A stretch of DNA of 64,000 nt from Planctomycetota bacterium (GTDB lineage Bacteria; Planctomycetota; UBA8108; SXIK01): contig OZ244999.1 in assembly GCA_965223265.1 (NCBI GenBank), forward strand, positions 4,832,001 to 4,896,000. The letters run 5' to 3'. Every line of letters begins with the position of its first letter. The stretch's first letter is position 1. The notes below the pieces were generated by a model. It searched no databases. It saw only the letters and a list, made by a program, of their open reading frames with translations, and had not been told where the DNA came from. The position numbers were made by a program, and so were the translations under genes. Positions 51,422 to 62,205 of the stretch are shown piece after piece.

Positions 51422-54349
51422 GGTTCGCGCGAAACTTAACTCGACACGCTCGAGCACCGCGAAACGATCGCCGTTGTCCGAGTGAAACGTGGCGCGATAC
51501 TGCACGTAGCGCGCCGTCACGTCGAGCTTGAAAGCACCTACGTCGTCCACCGCACGCCAGTCCGCGTGCGCAAGCGCCTTGCTCGTCGCTGCCGCGCGCA
51601 CGTGAAACTCGAGACGATACCCCTCGCCCTCCGCTGCCTGCCAGCTCAGTGTGCCGCCACCGCTGACTCCCGGGAGTTGATGCACCGACGAGATGTAGCG
51701 CTGCTCCCACTTGCGGTCATCGATCCGCCCCATGTCCTGCTGCCACATCCAGTGCGTTCCGTGCGTCGGCAGGCGAACAACGCGCGGCGCGCGAAAACGT
51801 TCGCCGTCGTTGTAGTAGATCAACGAATCGGTGTAGTGGTTGCCGTCGCGGCTATGGCACGAGACCGCAAGATCGAGACGTCCGTCGCGATCGAAGTCCG
51901 CCGCCAGAGCATCGTGCGCCGAATCGCTGCTCAGTGCGGTTTTTCGTCGCGGGTGGAAACCATCCGGACCGCCCCAATAGAGGTACGAGGCGAGCGACTC
52001 ACGCATACGCTCGGCAACGTAGTGCGGCGAGAAGATGTCTAAGTGACCATCGCCGTCGAAATCGGCGACACAGATCCCGACCGGCGCCCACGCCGGAAGT
52101 CGCTGTGCGTCGAAGTGCTGAAAGCCATCGGGGCGACCCCAAAGAATCAAGAGCCCCATGTCGTGGGCGTGCGTCACGGGATCGCGATAACTGCCGACGA
52201 TGAGGTCGAGGTGGCCATCGGCGTTGAGGTCTGCCGTCTCTATCGCGATTGGCGACGGCACCGCGACCGTAAGCTGCCGCTCAGCGTCGAATCCGCTTCC
52301 ACCACCCCAAAAAACGCGCACGCGATGTTCGTACATACTCGTCACGGCGATGTCGAGCCAACTGTCGCGGTTGAAGTCGGCAATCACCGAACCGATCGAT
52401 CGGCCAGGCGATGGAATCGCGACGCGGCGCTCTGGCCCGAATCCATCTTCGCCGCCGTAGTAGATGAGCAGCGGCGTCGGCGCGTCCGAAGTGGCGGCAT
52501 CGAAGACACCGAGGACGAGATCAAGATAGCCGTCGCGGTTTAGATCTGCCGTGTTGCTCGTCCCCAGCAGCCGCTCGCGCAGCACGCTGCGGCGCGAGCC
52601 AAAATCAAAGCCGCCGGCACCGCCCCAAAAGATGTTGGCTCCACCGTGCGGATCGTCGAGGGCGCCGCCGTGCTGCGAGTTGATCGCCACGAGATCGACA
52701 AACCCATCGCGGTCGAGGTCGGCGCTCGTCGCCTCATAGCCGCTGCGAAACGGAATCTCAGTGCGACGTTCAGGGCGAAAACCTTCCGCGCTTCCCCAGT
52801 AGAGGTGGAGCGGCACGATCTCGTCGACCGCGCCGCCGAGGCTGTTCGCGAACACGACGCGAGCAGGCAGTCCCGCGGGGGCGTCAACTGCTGGTGCGAT
52901 GGCGACATCGGTCGCGCCTTCGCTTCGCATGCCTTCAACGCCTCGCCGCAGCGTCCGTGTGCCGTCTCCGAAGTAAACCCGCGAGTCAGTCGCGAATGTC
53001 TTCTCGCCTTGATGCACGGCGACGACGAGGTCGGTCTCACCGTCACCATCGACGTCGCCGATCGCGGCTGCGGCTGCGGCAGGGATCGAGAGACGCAGCG
53101 CCGCCGAGCGCGCGAACCCCTCAGCGCTCCCCCACACCACGCGCACTTCGCCGCGCTCGCCTTCGGCGCCCGCCGCTTCACCACCCGCGGCGCGTGCTGA
53201 TGTGAAATCGGTGAGCACAACGTCGCTCCAACCGTCTCCGTCCAAATCACCGGTGGCGATTCGAGTCGCAGGAAACGCGTCGTAGGAGCGCATCGGCCGG
53301 GAGTTTCGATCCTTGTCAACGGCGACGACGTCAAGCGCCGAGCGCGCTGCTGTTGTCCCGACCAAGAGTTCGACCTTGCCGTCCCCTTCCAGATCTGCTG
53401 CCTCCATGCACGTCGCGTCGCGCCCCGGGAGTGACGCCTCAGAAATCTTAAAAGGTGCGGCGGTGCCTGATTTCCGAGCTGCCACGTCAGTCTTAGTGTC
53501 CGGTGCATTAGGCGCGGCAGTCGCCCAAAAGAAATGGATGCCATCGGGCTGCAGCACCGCCAGATCGCGCTGACCGTCAGCGTCAAAGTCGCCCGCCGCC
53601 AGATCGACCGCCGCTTCAACAGCCGCGTCATAGCGATTCAAGACAGCAAACCCGGTCGGTGCGCCCCAGTAGATCCGTACGATTCTTCCACGCGGCTGGG
53701 AAGGCAGCCACGGCGCACCGCAGAGGATCGCGACGTCCGGCCAGCCGTCCGCATTGAGGTCACAGACGTTGACATCGGCGGCGTCGTGAACCGGCAGCAT
53801 GCCACTGCTGCGACGGGCCGACCAACCGTCCACCCCGCCCCAAAGAATCGTCAGGAGGCGCCGCGGATGCTGAAGCCCACTGTAGTTCGGGCAAAAGACG
53901 GCGTCGAGGTGGCCGTCGAGATTCAGGTCATGCAGCATCACGCGCGTGCTGCCTTCGACAGCGAGCGGCGTCGACGTGATGCGCCGGGCGTCGCTCCCTG
54001 AGGCACGCTCGACCGTCGCCTGCGTCGCGGGGACGAAGAACACAAGGTCGTGAGTGCTGTTGAAAATCAGGTCCAGGTGGCCGTCTTGATTGAGGTCAAA
54101 ACGATGGATCGTGCGCACGGCGCCGTCGCGACTGACGTAGAGGTTCTGCCCTGCACCGTCGAGTGTACCGTCAGCGAAGTCCTCGAAGGTCGCCTCCGTC
54201 CACGTCCAGCTATCGGCTCCCGCCCCTCGCGAGATGCAGACGGCGAGCGCGCCAGCGACGGTGAGCGCCATCGTTCTTCCCATGCACGCCGACGACGTCG
54301 CCGGTCGTTGCTTCTTTGCAGAGTCGATTCTTTCGATCGATCGGTTCAT
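51416..54349 (-). CDS. Secreted FG-GAP/VCBS repeat protein
   Basis: Many DLNxDGxLD repeats each followed by I(Y/L)WG. Confidence 0.88.
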   Translation of the reverse strand: MNRSIERIDSAKKQRPATSSACMGRTMALTVAGALAVCISRGAGADSWTWTEATFEDFADGTLDGAGQNLYVSRDGAVRTIHRFDLNQDGHLDLIFNSTHDLVFFVPATQATVERASGSDARRITSTPLAVEGSTRVMLHDLNLDGHLDAVFCPNYSGLQHPRRLLTILWGGVDGWSARRSSGMLPVHDAADVNVCDLNADGWPDVAILCGAPWLPSQPRGRIVRIYWGAPTGFAVLNRYDAAVEAAVDLAAGDFDADGQRDLAVLQPDGIHFFWATAAPNAPDTKTDVAARKSGTAAPFKISEASLPGRDATCMEAADLEGDGKVELLVGTTAARSALDVVAVDKDRNSRPMRSYDAFPATRIATGDLDGDGWSDVVLTDFTSARAAGGEAAGAEGERGEVRVVWGSAEGFARSAALRLSIPAAAAAAIGDVDGDGETDLVVAVHQGEKTFATDSRVYFGDGTRTLRRGVEGMRSEGATDVAIAPAVDAPAGLPARVVFANSLGGAVDEIVPLHLYWGSAEGFRPERRTEIPFRSGYEATSADLDRDGFVDLVAINSQHGGALDDPHGGANIFWGGAGGFDFGSRRSVLRERLLGTSNTADLNRDGYLDLVLGVFDAATSDAPTPLLIYYGGEDGFGPERRVAIPSPGRSIGSVIADFNRDSWLDIAVTSMYEHRVRVFWGGGSGFDAERQLTVAVPSPIAIETADLNADGHLDLIVGSYRDPVTHAHDMGLLILWGRPDGFQHFDAQRLPAWAPVGICVADFDGDGHLDIFSPHYVAERMRESLASYLYWGGPDGFHPRRKTALSSDSAHDALAADFDRDGRLDLAVSCHSRDGNHYTDSLIYYNDGERFRAPRVVRLPTHGTHWMWQQDMGRIDDRKWEQRYISSVHQLPGVSGGGTLSWQAAEGEGYRLEFHVRAAATSKALAHADWRAVDDVGAFKLDVTARYVQYRATFHSDNGDRFAVLERVELSFARTK

Positions 54350-54618
54350 GTTCGCTGCGCCAACGTCTTCATAGTCCAGCCCACCGGCGCCGCGGGTACG
54401 CCGTCGTGACCCGCGGCCGCTTTCACTGCAGCACGGTTTCTTGCATGCGGCCAGAGGCTACGGTGGACATTGTATGAATCGGCGATGCGGGGACGCAACC
54501 AACTCGAGAGCAGCGGGCTGGGCCTCTTCGCAGGTGTACCTTTGACATCGCGGCGCCTGGCCGCGAAGATTCAACTCTCATTCGTCATCGAGCAGCACTT
54601 TAGTCAGCGTATGCGAAC

Positions 54619-55335
54619 ATGGAGAGTCGTGAACCCGTGAACTGCACGAGACCAATCTTGGCTCTGGTGCTACTCGCCGCGAGTGGCTGCACGAGCGCGC
54701 GCGAGACCGACTCGGAATTCTTCGGGCCCGAGGGCGACTCCGCCGTCTGGCGGCTCGATCGCATAGACACACTCGGCGGCTTGCCCGCCACCGTGCTCGG
54801 CGCACCTCAGCTCATCGAGACTCCCGACGGTGCGGCGGTCGCGTTCGACGGTGTGGACGATGCACTTCTCCTCGACACCCACCCGCTGATCGGGCTTAAA
54901 GAGTTCACCGTCGAGGTCGTGTTTCGTCCTGACGTTGACGGCGCCAAAGAGCAGCGTTTTTTCCACATGCAGTCCGCAACAAACGACGACCGCATCCTCT
55001 TCGAGACGCGTCTTACCGGTGACGGCCACTGGTTTCTCGACACGTTCATTCGCTCGGGTGATCAGTCGCTCACGCTTTACGCCGAGGATTTCATTCATCC
55101 CACCGGTCGCTGGTACCACGCTGCGATCACCGTCGACGACGCCCACTTCCGACACTTCGTCGACGGCAAACTCGAGTTGGAAACGCCGATCACCTACACG
55201 CCACAGCCCGCGGGTCGCCTGTCTCTCGGAGTCCGCATCAACCGCGTCCATTGGTTCAAGGGCGCGGTGCGTGCCATCCGCTTCACGCCGCGTGCGCTCT
55301 CCATCCAAGAAGTCGCCAAGCTGTCACCACCGTGA
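54619..55335 (+). CDS. LamG-like jellyroll lipoprotein
   Basis: AASGC lipobox; FDGVDD, FTVE, WYHAAIT, FVDGK, FKG. Confidence 0.85.
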   Translation: MESREPVNCTRPILALVLLAASGCTSARETDSEFFGPEGDSAVWRLDRIDTLGGLPATVLGAPQLIETPDGAAVAFDGVDDALLLDTHPLIGLKEFTVEVVFRPDVDGAKEQRFFHMQSATNDDRILFETRLTGDGHWFLDTFIRSGDQSLTLYAEDFIHPTGRWYHAAITVDDAHFRHFVDGKLELETPITYTPQPAGRLSLGVRINRVHWFKGAVRAIRFTPRALSIQEVAKLSPP

Positions 55336-55434
55336 AGCTTTCTTCGCCTCGGCTGGCCGCGCATCGCAAACGGTGTAGCTTCCACTCGCCCCCTCTGTGG
55401 CTCGACCGACGGATCGCGCTGCGGTCTCAAGGCT

Positions 55435-55986
55435 TTACGATCGCTCGCGCGGCGCCTCTCCACCCCACGGCTCCACCTCAACGAGGCACTCGTCTTCGCA
55501 CAGGTCGCAGTGTTCAGGGCTCGGACAGACGACCTCGAACCCCTTCAAACGCTCTCGGAGCGCCTGGGCGTCCGCATCATCGGACTGCAAAAGGTCGACC
55601 AGAAGAAGCAGATGACGTGAAGTCTCGGGACTTAGCAAGTGCTCGATTTTGCAAGCATCGGCCTCGGCAAGCTCGGCCGGAAGAGCCAACACATCGCGAA
55701 GAAATGTGATGAAAATCGATCGGTTTCGGAGCACCTCGAGCGCCGCTTGCTCGCCCATTTCGGTCAGCTCAAGATGTCGCTTCTCATCCTCGGAGATGAA
55801 CCCCTTCTCGCGCAGCTGCTTGATCTGCCCCGACACCGAACCCTTTTGGACGTCGAGCTCCTCGGCGACATCCGACACCCGCGCGTAGCCACGCTCCTCA
55901 CGCAGGTTGTGAATCGTCGTCAGATAGTGCGCCGCGCTGTGCGACAGCTTGTGGGCGGCAAAGGATTTCCAGACGTCGTTGATCAT
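55435..55986 (-). CDS. DtxR/MntR-family metal-dependent regulator with Cys-rich tail
   Basis: AHYLTTI, ARVSDVAEEL..KGSVS, LTEMG, FLRDVL, DACKIEHLLS; tail CPSPEHCDLCEDEC. Confidence 0.88.
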   Translation of the reverse strand: MINDVWKSFAAHKLSHSAAHYLTTIHNLREERGYARVSDVAEELDVQKGSVSGQIKQLREKGFISEDEKRHLELTEMGEQAALEVLRNRSIFITFLRDVLALPAELAEADACKIEHLLSPETSRHLLLLVDLLQSDDADAQALRERLKGFEVVCPSPEHCDLCEDECLVEVEPWGGEAPRERS

Positions 55987-56133
55987 GTTCTGCGGTGCTC
56001 TGACCGACTCGACTAAGCCCCTTAGATTGTGAGTAGTATACTCTAAGATGTGGGTCGCCAAAAGCACCGAGGGAACCCCGGCGCGGCCCCTTGTCGACGA
56101 GCACGACCGTCGCCACAATAGCTGCTGGCGTCG

Positions 56134-57450
56134 GTGTTTGACGCGGTGGTAACGCCACGCTCAAGTGGATGTGCACCGGCTATGACGCCGACACGTTCCA
56201 GAGAAACACCAAAAGAGAGCCGAACTACGGTGAAGTCGCAGCAACCAAGACCGCCCAGGAGCCAGAATCGACGCACTCTCACCGTCCTGTTGGTGTCGCT
56301 CCCGATGCTGTGCACACGACCGGCAGCCGCCGCGCCCGAAGACCCCGCAGTCGTAGCCGACTCGGCCCGCACGACCTCGCGGTCAGGCAAAAACAAGAGA
56401 CCAGCGCCCTTACCACCCGGCCTCAGCCCACTGCGCGTTGCCATCGAACAGATTCTCGTGCGCCACTCTCGCTCATTCGAGCCAAGCGCGAAGCCGCGAA
56501 CGATCGAAGACGCCCGCAAGATCGCGGCGCGAGCCCGCGAGCTCGTGGTGGCGGGTGAATTGACGTTTCACCGCGCCTGCGAGAAGTACTCTGACGATGC
56601 CGTGTCGCGGCGCCGTGGCGGCTTCATCGGCACGTTCGGTCGCTTCGAGCTGTCGTACGACATGCGTGCGGCGGATGCCGCCATCTTCACCCTAAAGCCA
56701 GGGGAGGTCTCCCACCCGGTGGAGACCCCGCTTGGGATCCACCTCTTTCGACGCATCGCCATCCGCGAGTGGGCTGGCGCGCACATCTTGGTTCAGTATG
56801 CTGGTGCCGAAAGGGCGCCGCCAACAGAGAAGAGAACGCGTGAAGATGCACAGCGCATCGCCGCGACGATTGCAGAAGCGGCACGCGGCGAGACAGACGC
56901 GGTGGGCAAGCGTCGCGCCATGGACAAGACAAGCTTCGCGCGCCTTGCCGCAGAAAAGTCGGAGTCCCCGGATGCGGCGACCGGCGGCGCACTCGGCACC
57001 TTCGGCCCCTACGAGATCCTACCAGCGTTGGAAAGCGCCATCTCGAAGCTGCGCATCGGAGAAGTCGGCGGCCCGGTCGAGTCACGCTTAGGTTGGCACG
57101 TCGTCCGTCGCGAGCCGGTGGGTTGGCTGCACGCAGCTCACATTCTGGTGCGCTACAAGGGTTGCCGCGACGACGACGGCGCGTCGCGATCACGCACCGA
57201 AGCTCTCAAGCACAGTCGCAAGATCCTCGAACTCGTGCGCGCACCAAGTGCCGATTTCTTTCAGCTCGCGCAGACGCACTCTGAGGACGGTGCCAGCGCG
57301 TCGCGCGGCGGTTCAGTCGGTGTCTTCGGCCCCGGTCGGATGGCACCGAAATTTGAAGCCGCGACGCGTGCGCTGAAGCTTGGCGGCGCCTCCGATGTGG
57401 TCGAAACCGATTTCGGATTTCACATCATCAAGCGCCTGCCGATCGAGTGA
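56134..57450 (+). CDS. Three-domain parvulin-type peptidyl-prolyl isomerase
   Basis: Three (Q/H)ILV..F..S.(D/S)..GG..G..(ET|ES)..G.H repeats; start uncertain. Confidence 0.85.
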   Translation: MFDAVVTPRSSGCAPAMTPTRSRETPKESRTTVKSQQPRPPRSQNRRTLTVLLVSLPMLCTRPAAAAPEDPAVVADSARTTSRSGKNKRPAPLPPGLSPLRVAIEQILVRHSRSFEPSAKPRTIEDARKIAARARELVVAGELTFHRACEKYSDDAVSRRRGGFIGTFGRFELSYDMRAADAAIFTLKPGEVSHPVETPLGIHLFRRIAIREWAGAHILVQYAGAERAPPTEKRTREDAQRIAATIAEAARGETDAVGKRRAMDKTSFARLAAEKSESPDAATGGALGTFGPYEILPALESAISKLRIGEVGGPVESRLGWHVVRREPVGWLHAAHILVRYKGCRDDDGASRSRTEALKHSRKILELVRAPSADFFQLAQTHSEDGASASRGGSVGVFGPGRMAPKFEAATRALKLGGASDVVETDFGFHIIKRLPIE

Positions 57451-57519
57451 CTCGCGACGCCGCGAGCCGCTCGGGACCCGTGGACGTCGGCGTCGGCTCA
57501 AGCCGCACGCAGGCTGGGC

Positions 57520-57652
57520 AGCCCGTCCGGTGTGTGGGTGTGGGCATGGCGTCCGCCGTGGAGGTGTCTCCGTATCTGAACCCGTATCCGAACTCTGTCT
57601 CCGTATCTGAACCCGTCCAACCCGTACCCGAATCCGAATCCGTATCCGACCC
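57520..57652. repeat. Degenerate hexamer tract (CCGTAT/CTGAAC/CCGAAT) between convergent genes
   Basis: CCGTATCTGAACCCGTATCCGAAC...CCGTACCCGAATCCGAATCCGTATCCGACC. Confidence 0.7.
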
Positions 57653-57682
57653 CTGCGTCCGACTCCCTGGCCTGACACAAAG

Positions 57683-57991
57683 TCACGGACGCCGACAACG
57701 GATCAGGAGCGAGTCGGTGATCGCCGCTTCGCGCAGTGGACGGACGGCCTCGAAATCTGGATCGTGAACAAAGGCTTGAAACGCCTCCCAACTCGGCCAC
57801 TCGACGACGAACAGGAGATCAGCGTCGAACGTTCCGATCAGACTCTCCTCCGGCACGTACGATTCGAGCTTTCGGCCGCCGTGTCGCTTCAGAAGCGGGG
57901 CAGCGGTGCGAAGATATTCTCGGTACTTCGTGGCACCACCGTCGGGCTTGAACCACAGCGCGTTGAGCATAAAGATCGGAGTTTTCTCCAT
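57683..57991 (-). CDS. DUF1330-like protein
   Basis: PIFMLNALWF, YREY, HGG, VVEWPS.EAF, REAA. Confidence 0.78.
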   Translation of the reverse strand: MEKTPIFMLNALWFKPDGGATKYREYLRTAAPLLKRHGGRKLESYVPEESLIGTFDADLLFVVEWPSWEAFQAFVHDPDFEAVRPLREAAITDSLLIRCRRP

Positions 57992-58152
57992 TGTCCCTCG
58001 GTACACGTCGAGCACTCAATGGTCGAGACGTTCGAATCCGGCCGGAACCTGGCCACTGTGCGCATCAAAGCGAATGCCGCATCGTAGCGTGCGGGGAAGA
58101 AACAACCAACGCCGCGACGAGCTGAGCGGCGCTTGCACCGCGCGAGGAATGC

Positions 58153-58779
58153 GTGATGATGGCCTCCATGAATGAACTCGCCTCCACGTTCGGCTCGATC
58201 GACATTTACCTCTTCGATCAACTGCTGCGCGGCAGAATCGCGCCAGGCATGCGCATACTCGACGCCGGCTGCGGCGGCGGTCGCAATCTTTCCTATCTGC
58301 TGCAGGCTGGATATGACGTCTCGGGAGCTGACGACAACCCTGCCGCGATTGAATCCGTTCGACGTCTCGCAAGGCGCCTCGCACCAACAATACCTGCCGA
58401 CAACTTTCGCGTCGAGGTGATCGAGTCGATGTCGTTTCCCGAGGCACACTTCGACGTCGTGATCAGTAACGCCGTGCTACACTTCGCGCGGACAGACGAG
58501 CACTTCGCTGCGATGCTGCGAAGTAGCTGGCGGACGCTGGTGCCAGGAGGAGTTTTTTTCTGCCGTCTAGCTTCGACCATCGGCATGGAGACACGGATGC
58601 GCCGCATCGAAGGCCGCCGCTTTCGGGTGCCCGACGGCTCCGAGCGCTACCTTGTTGATGAGAAGATGCTCCTCGACTGGACCGACGCGCTCGGCGGCCA
58701 GCTCCTCGACCCGATCAAGACGACGATCGTTCAGGATCAACGCTGCATGACGACGTGGGTTCTACGCAAGCTTGGGTGA
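58153..58779 (+). CDS. Class I SAM-dependent methyltransferase
   Basis: ILDAGCGGGRN, FDVVISNAVLHF, LVPGG. Confidence 0.9.
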   Translation: MMMASMNELASTFGSIDIYLFDQLLRGRIAPGMRILDAGCGGGRNLSYLLQAGYDVSGADDNPAAIESVRRLARRLAPTIPADNFRVEVIESMSFPEAHFDVVISNAVLHFARTDEHFAAMLRSSWRTLVPGGVFFCRLASTIGMETRMRRIEGRRFRVPDGSERYLVDEKMLLDWTDALGGQLLDPIKTTIVQDQRCMTTWVLRKLG

Positions 58780-58817
58780 CGGCGTCGTCAGCTTGCAGTA
58801 CATCAGGGCCATCTGCG

Positions 58818-59876
58818 TCAGAGAGAATCCGCGTCGGCGAGCTCAAGGAGTACCTTTTCGAGCCCATGAACGACGCGGGCCAGCCGCTCGAAGTCGATTT
58901 TATCGACGGTGTCAGTCGCTTCGTGGTAGTGCGGGTACCGAAACGGTGCCGTGTCGGTCACCATGAGCGCCGGGTATCCCTGCTCGTAGAAAGACCAGTG
59001 ATCCGACCAGCCGACTCCCGGAATCATGTCGACAATCGCTGCGCCCTCGGAAGGAAACTGCGCGTGAGATCGAAACGATCCGATGACTCGGCGCACCCAA
59101 CGGCGCGAGCCGGCGTTGCCGACGAAGCCAATGAAGTTCCCCCGGGATGGATAGAACAGGCTGAAGGGGAACGGGTATTGTTGGCTGCCGTCGCTGTCGT
59201 CGTAAAACCCCATGGTCTCGAGACTGATCATGCCAACAATGGGATCATCGTGTTCGCTACATCTCTTGGCATAGACCAAGCTCCCCATCGCCTCCGTCTG
59301 AAAGTAGGGCGGCTCTTCGTTGACGAACGCGACGAAGCGCAGCGTACGCTTCAAACGATGCCCTGCTAGCCGCTCGGCAAGGACCAGCGTTGCCGCCGCG
59401 CCGGTGCCGTTGTCGTTGGCACCGACGGTACCGTAGGCGGAGTCGTAGTGCCCCCCGACGACAAGGATCTCTTCATTCGAGTTGCCGTCGCCGTCCGGGA
59501 CTCCTGTGCCTTTGAGCTCGGCGATGAGGTTGTGGACGGACTCTTCCCCGATGGCATAGCCGTGACGCTCCACTTCATAGCCGGCGCGACGAAAGCCCGC
59601 CTCGATGAGCGCCGCAGCAGCCTCGAGCGAACCAGGATGCGAGAGGTTCCGCTCGCCAATCCCCTCCGTGAGCTCGGTGACGTAGCGTTCAAGCTCGGCA
59701 GCAAGAGCGGTTTCGCTACTTGAGAGCTGTGGCAACTCGCCGTGATAACTTTCCCCGGGCATGGAGATCATACAGCTCAATCCGAGCGCGCAGAGACGGA
59801 CGAGGAGTGTCGACCGGATGACTGCACGGCGTGTGATCATAGGGATCCGAATCGGCTGTCTCCGAGAACGGATCAC
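58818..59876 (-). CDS. M28 family peptidase
   Basis: GGHYDS, GANDNGTG, FVNEEPP, SLETMG, SDH, YH..TD; start uncertain. Confidence 0.9.
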   Translation of the reverse strand: MIRSRRQPIRIPMITRRAVIRSTLLVRLCALGLSCMISMPGESYHGELPQLSSSETALAAELERYVTELTEGIGERNLSHPGSLEAAAALIEAGFRRAGYEVERHGYAIGEESVHNLIAELKGTGVPDGDGNSNEEILVVGGHYDSAYGTVGANDNGTGAAATLVLAERLAGHRLKRTLRFVAFVNEEPPYFQTEAMGSLVYAKRCSEHDDPIVGMISLETMGFYDDSDGSQQYPFPFSLFYPSRGNFIGFVGNAGSRRWVRRVIGSFRSHAQFPSEGAAIVDMIPGVGWSDHWSFYEQGYPALMVTDTAPFRYPHYHEATDTVDKIDFERLARVVHGLEKVLLELADADSL

Positions 59877-60188
59877 GCTTTCTCACCGTCGAGGTCATCC
59901 CAAATTGCCATGGAGCCGCACCACATTACGGTATGATACCCGTGCTAGAGCACACAGCAAGTCAGCAGGACTGCGAGCGCCAACGGCGGCGCCCATAGCC
60001 TCGCGCCTATTCATGGAACATACGGAGCTCTCCACGCGTTGTGGATTCTGGTTCGGGCTGCTCGACGTCATCAGCTCAATTCGGAAGGAGTCCACAGCAA
60101 TGCGTCTTGCAGGGTCGCATATTAGGTACTTAGGTCATAGAGCTCACCTCCGCCGCCGAGGCGAGGATTTCTCACGGAGGTCAATGAA

Positions 60189-60611
60189 ATGGGCTGCTAC
60201 AACTCCACTGTCGTCAACGCCCCCATAGAGGCCGTTTGGAAAACTCTGAGCAACTTCCATGATCTCTCTTGGGCGCAGGGCGTCATCGAGTCGACGGAAA
60301 AGGTCGGCGATGCGCCGGCGAATCAGATCGGTGCTCGCCGCATCCTCAATGGCGTCTTTCATGAAACGCTCTTGGCACTGAACGAAACCGACCACTTCTT
60401 CGCCTACAGCATCGACGACGGCCCGGAGCCGGTCTCCAAGGACTGCGTCAGCGGCTATATCGGCGCTGTGCGGCTCTTCCCAGTGACTGACTCCAACGAC
60501 ACGTTCGTCGAATGGAGCTCGCGATGGGAATCGAGCCAGGGTGGTGTGGCGGAATTCTGCAATCCGATCTACACAGCGCTTCTTGACGCGCTCAAAAAAC
60601 ACTTCAACTAA
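60189..60611 (+). CDS. SRPBCC/polyketide cyclase family protein
   Basis: VNAPIEAVW..L.NF, IGARR, ETL, FAYSI, TFVEW; GGAGG RBS. Confidence 0.85.
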   Translation: MGCYNSTVVNAPIEAVWKTLSNFHDLSWAQGVIESTEKVGDAPANQIGARRILNGVFHETLLALNETDHFFAYSIDDGPEPVSKDCVSGYIGAVRLFPVTDSNDTFVEWSSRWESSQGGVAEFCNPIYTALLDALKKHFN

Positions 60612-60685
60612 CCTAACGCCAAGGCCAAATTCCCCGCAACACCGCACGGGAGGCCAGAGATCGCGGTGCTGCTACGATTGGCGAC

Positions 60686-62083
60686 TCACAGAAGCGACGC
60701 GATCGGACGCCCCCCGGAGAGGATCGGCACTGGACGACCGGCGAAGTTGGTAAACTCGCGATGCGGATCGATGCCAAGGTGGCGATAGACCGTTGCCAGT
60801 AGATCCTGCGGCGTCACCGGATCGCGCGTGGGGTACTCCGACTTGGAGTTCGTCTCACCGATCACCTCGCCCATGCGCAGGCCTCCCCCAGAGATGAGGG
60901 CGCTGAACGCGTTCGGCCAGTGGTCGCGGCCGACGCCCTTTTGGCCGGAGAAATTCCGCGGCGCGTAGGTAACGCGCGGGGTGCGGCCGAACTCACCGCA
61001 GGCGATCACCAGGACCTTCTCATTCAGCCCACGGTCGTAGAGGTCGCGGATCAGCGCGCTGAGGGCCTCGTCCATCTGCGGCAGACGCTCGCGCTGCGCG
61101 TAGTCGAGGTGAAAGGCCCCCGCGTGGTCATCCCAGCTAAAGTGCTTCGTCGTGTTGTTCGGTGCGGTGGCATCGATGTTGATCACCGCGGTGCCGCGCT
61201 CAGCCAATCGACGTGCAAGAAGACAGCTCTGTCCCCAACGGTGGCGACCATAGCGATCACGCACCTTCTCGTCTTCGCGGCTCAGATCGAAAGCCTCGGC
61301 CACCTTCGAATCGGTGAGCATGCGGAACGCAGTGGCACTGAACTCGTCCAGGTCGACGCCATCGCGATCGAGGCCAGAGCGGAAACGATCGAACTGCGAC
61401 AGTAGGTCGCGGCGGTCATGCAGACGACGGTTGTCGACGCCGGTGACGAGTGTCAAATTGCGCGGCGCGAACCCACGCCGCGACGGATCGCCTGTCTCAT
61501 AGGCGCGATGGCTGGCGCCGAGGTAGACCGGACTCGTCATGAACGGCGCGCGTTGTGCGCCAACGTACTGCGGCATGCCATCGGCACGCGGCCCGCGGAC
61601 GCAACTGGCGATCATGCCGAAGTCCGGGTGCTTCGAGCGCGCCTGCGAGAGCGGATCGGGAACAGCCGGCGTCTTGCCGGTGAGCATCTCGATGCTGCCG
61701 TCGTTGTGCGCCGACATGGTGTGATGCAGCGAACGGATGATCGAAAACTTGTCCGCCATCTTCGCCTGCAGCGGCATGTACTCGCAGATACGGATCCCGG
61801 AGACGTTCGTCTGCATCGGCCGCAGCGGCCCGCGGTACTCGCGCGGCGACTCCGGCTTCATGTCATAGGTCTCAAGCTGGCTGGGGCCGCCCCACATCCA
61901 AAAGAGAATCACCGATGTGTCCGGAGCGACTGTGTCCGGAGCGACCACACGTGAGTCAGGCTGCGTCGCGGCGCGAAGCCGCAGAACGTCGGCAAGCGTC
62001 AGCCCGCCGAGTGCCAGCGTACCGACGCGCAAGAACTCACGTCTTTTAAGAGCGATAGGCCCGCGACAAGGAACAGATTGCAC
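60686..62083 (-). CDS. DUF1501-type protein
   Basis: RREFLRVG, WMWGGPSQLETYDMKP, RYG...GQSCLLARRL.E.G, WDDH, GEFGRTP, GRDHWP. Confidence 0.9.
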   Translation of the reverse strand: MQSVPCRGPIALKRREFLRVGTLALGGLTLADVLRLRAATQPDSRVVAPDTVAPDTSVILFWMWGGPSQLETYDMKPESPREYRGPLRPMQTNVSGIRICEYMPLQAKMADKFSIIRSLHHTMSAHNDGSIEMLTGKTPAVPDPLSQARSKHPDFGMIASCVRGPRADGMPQYVGAQRAPFMTSPVYLGASHRAYETGDPSRRGFAPRNLTLVTGVDNRRLHDRRDLLSQFDRFRSGLDRDGVDLDEFSATAFRMLTDSKVAEAFDLSREDEKVRDRYGRHRWGQSCLLARRLAERGTAVINIDATAPNNTTKHFSWDDHAGAFHLDYAQRERLPQMDEALSALIRDLYDRGLNEKVLVIACGEFGRTPRVTYAPRNFSGQKGVGRDHWPNAFSALISGGGLRMGEVIGETNSKSEYPTRDPVTPQDLLATVYRHLGIDPHREFTNFAGRPVPILSGGRPIASLL

Positions 62084-62205
62084 CGAGCTCTCCCGATTCG
62101 TGGTCGCCGTGCAGCAGCTACGGTTGGCTTCACCACCAACGATTCAATAACGATTGAACCCGAAACGCACTTGATCGCGCCAACAAAATACAACTGCGCT
62201 CGGTC

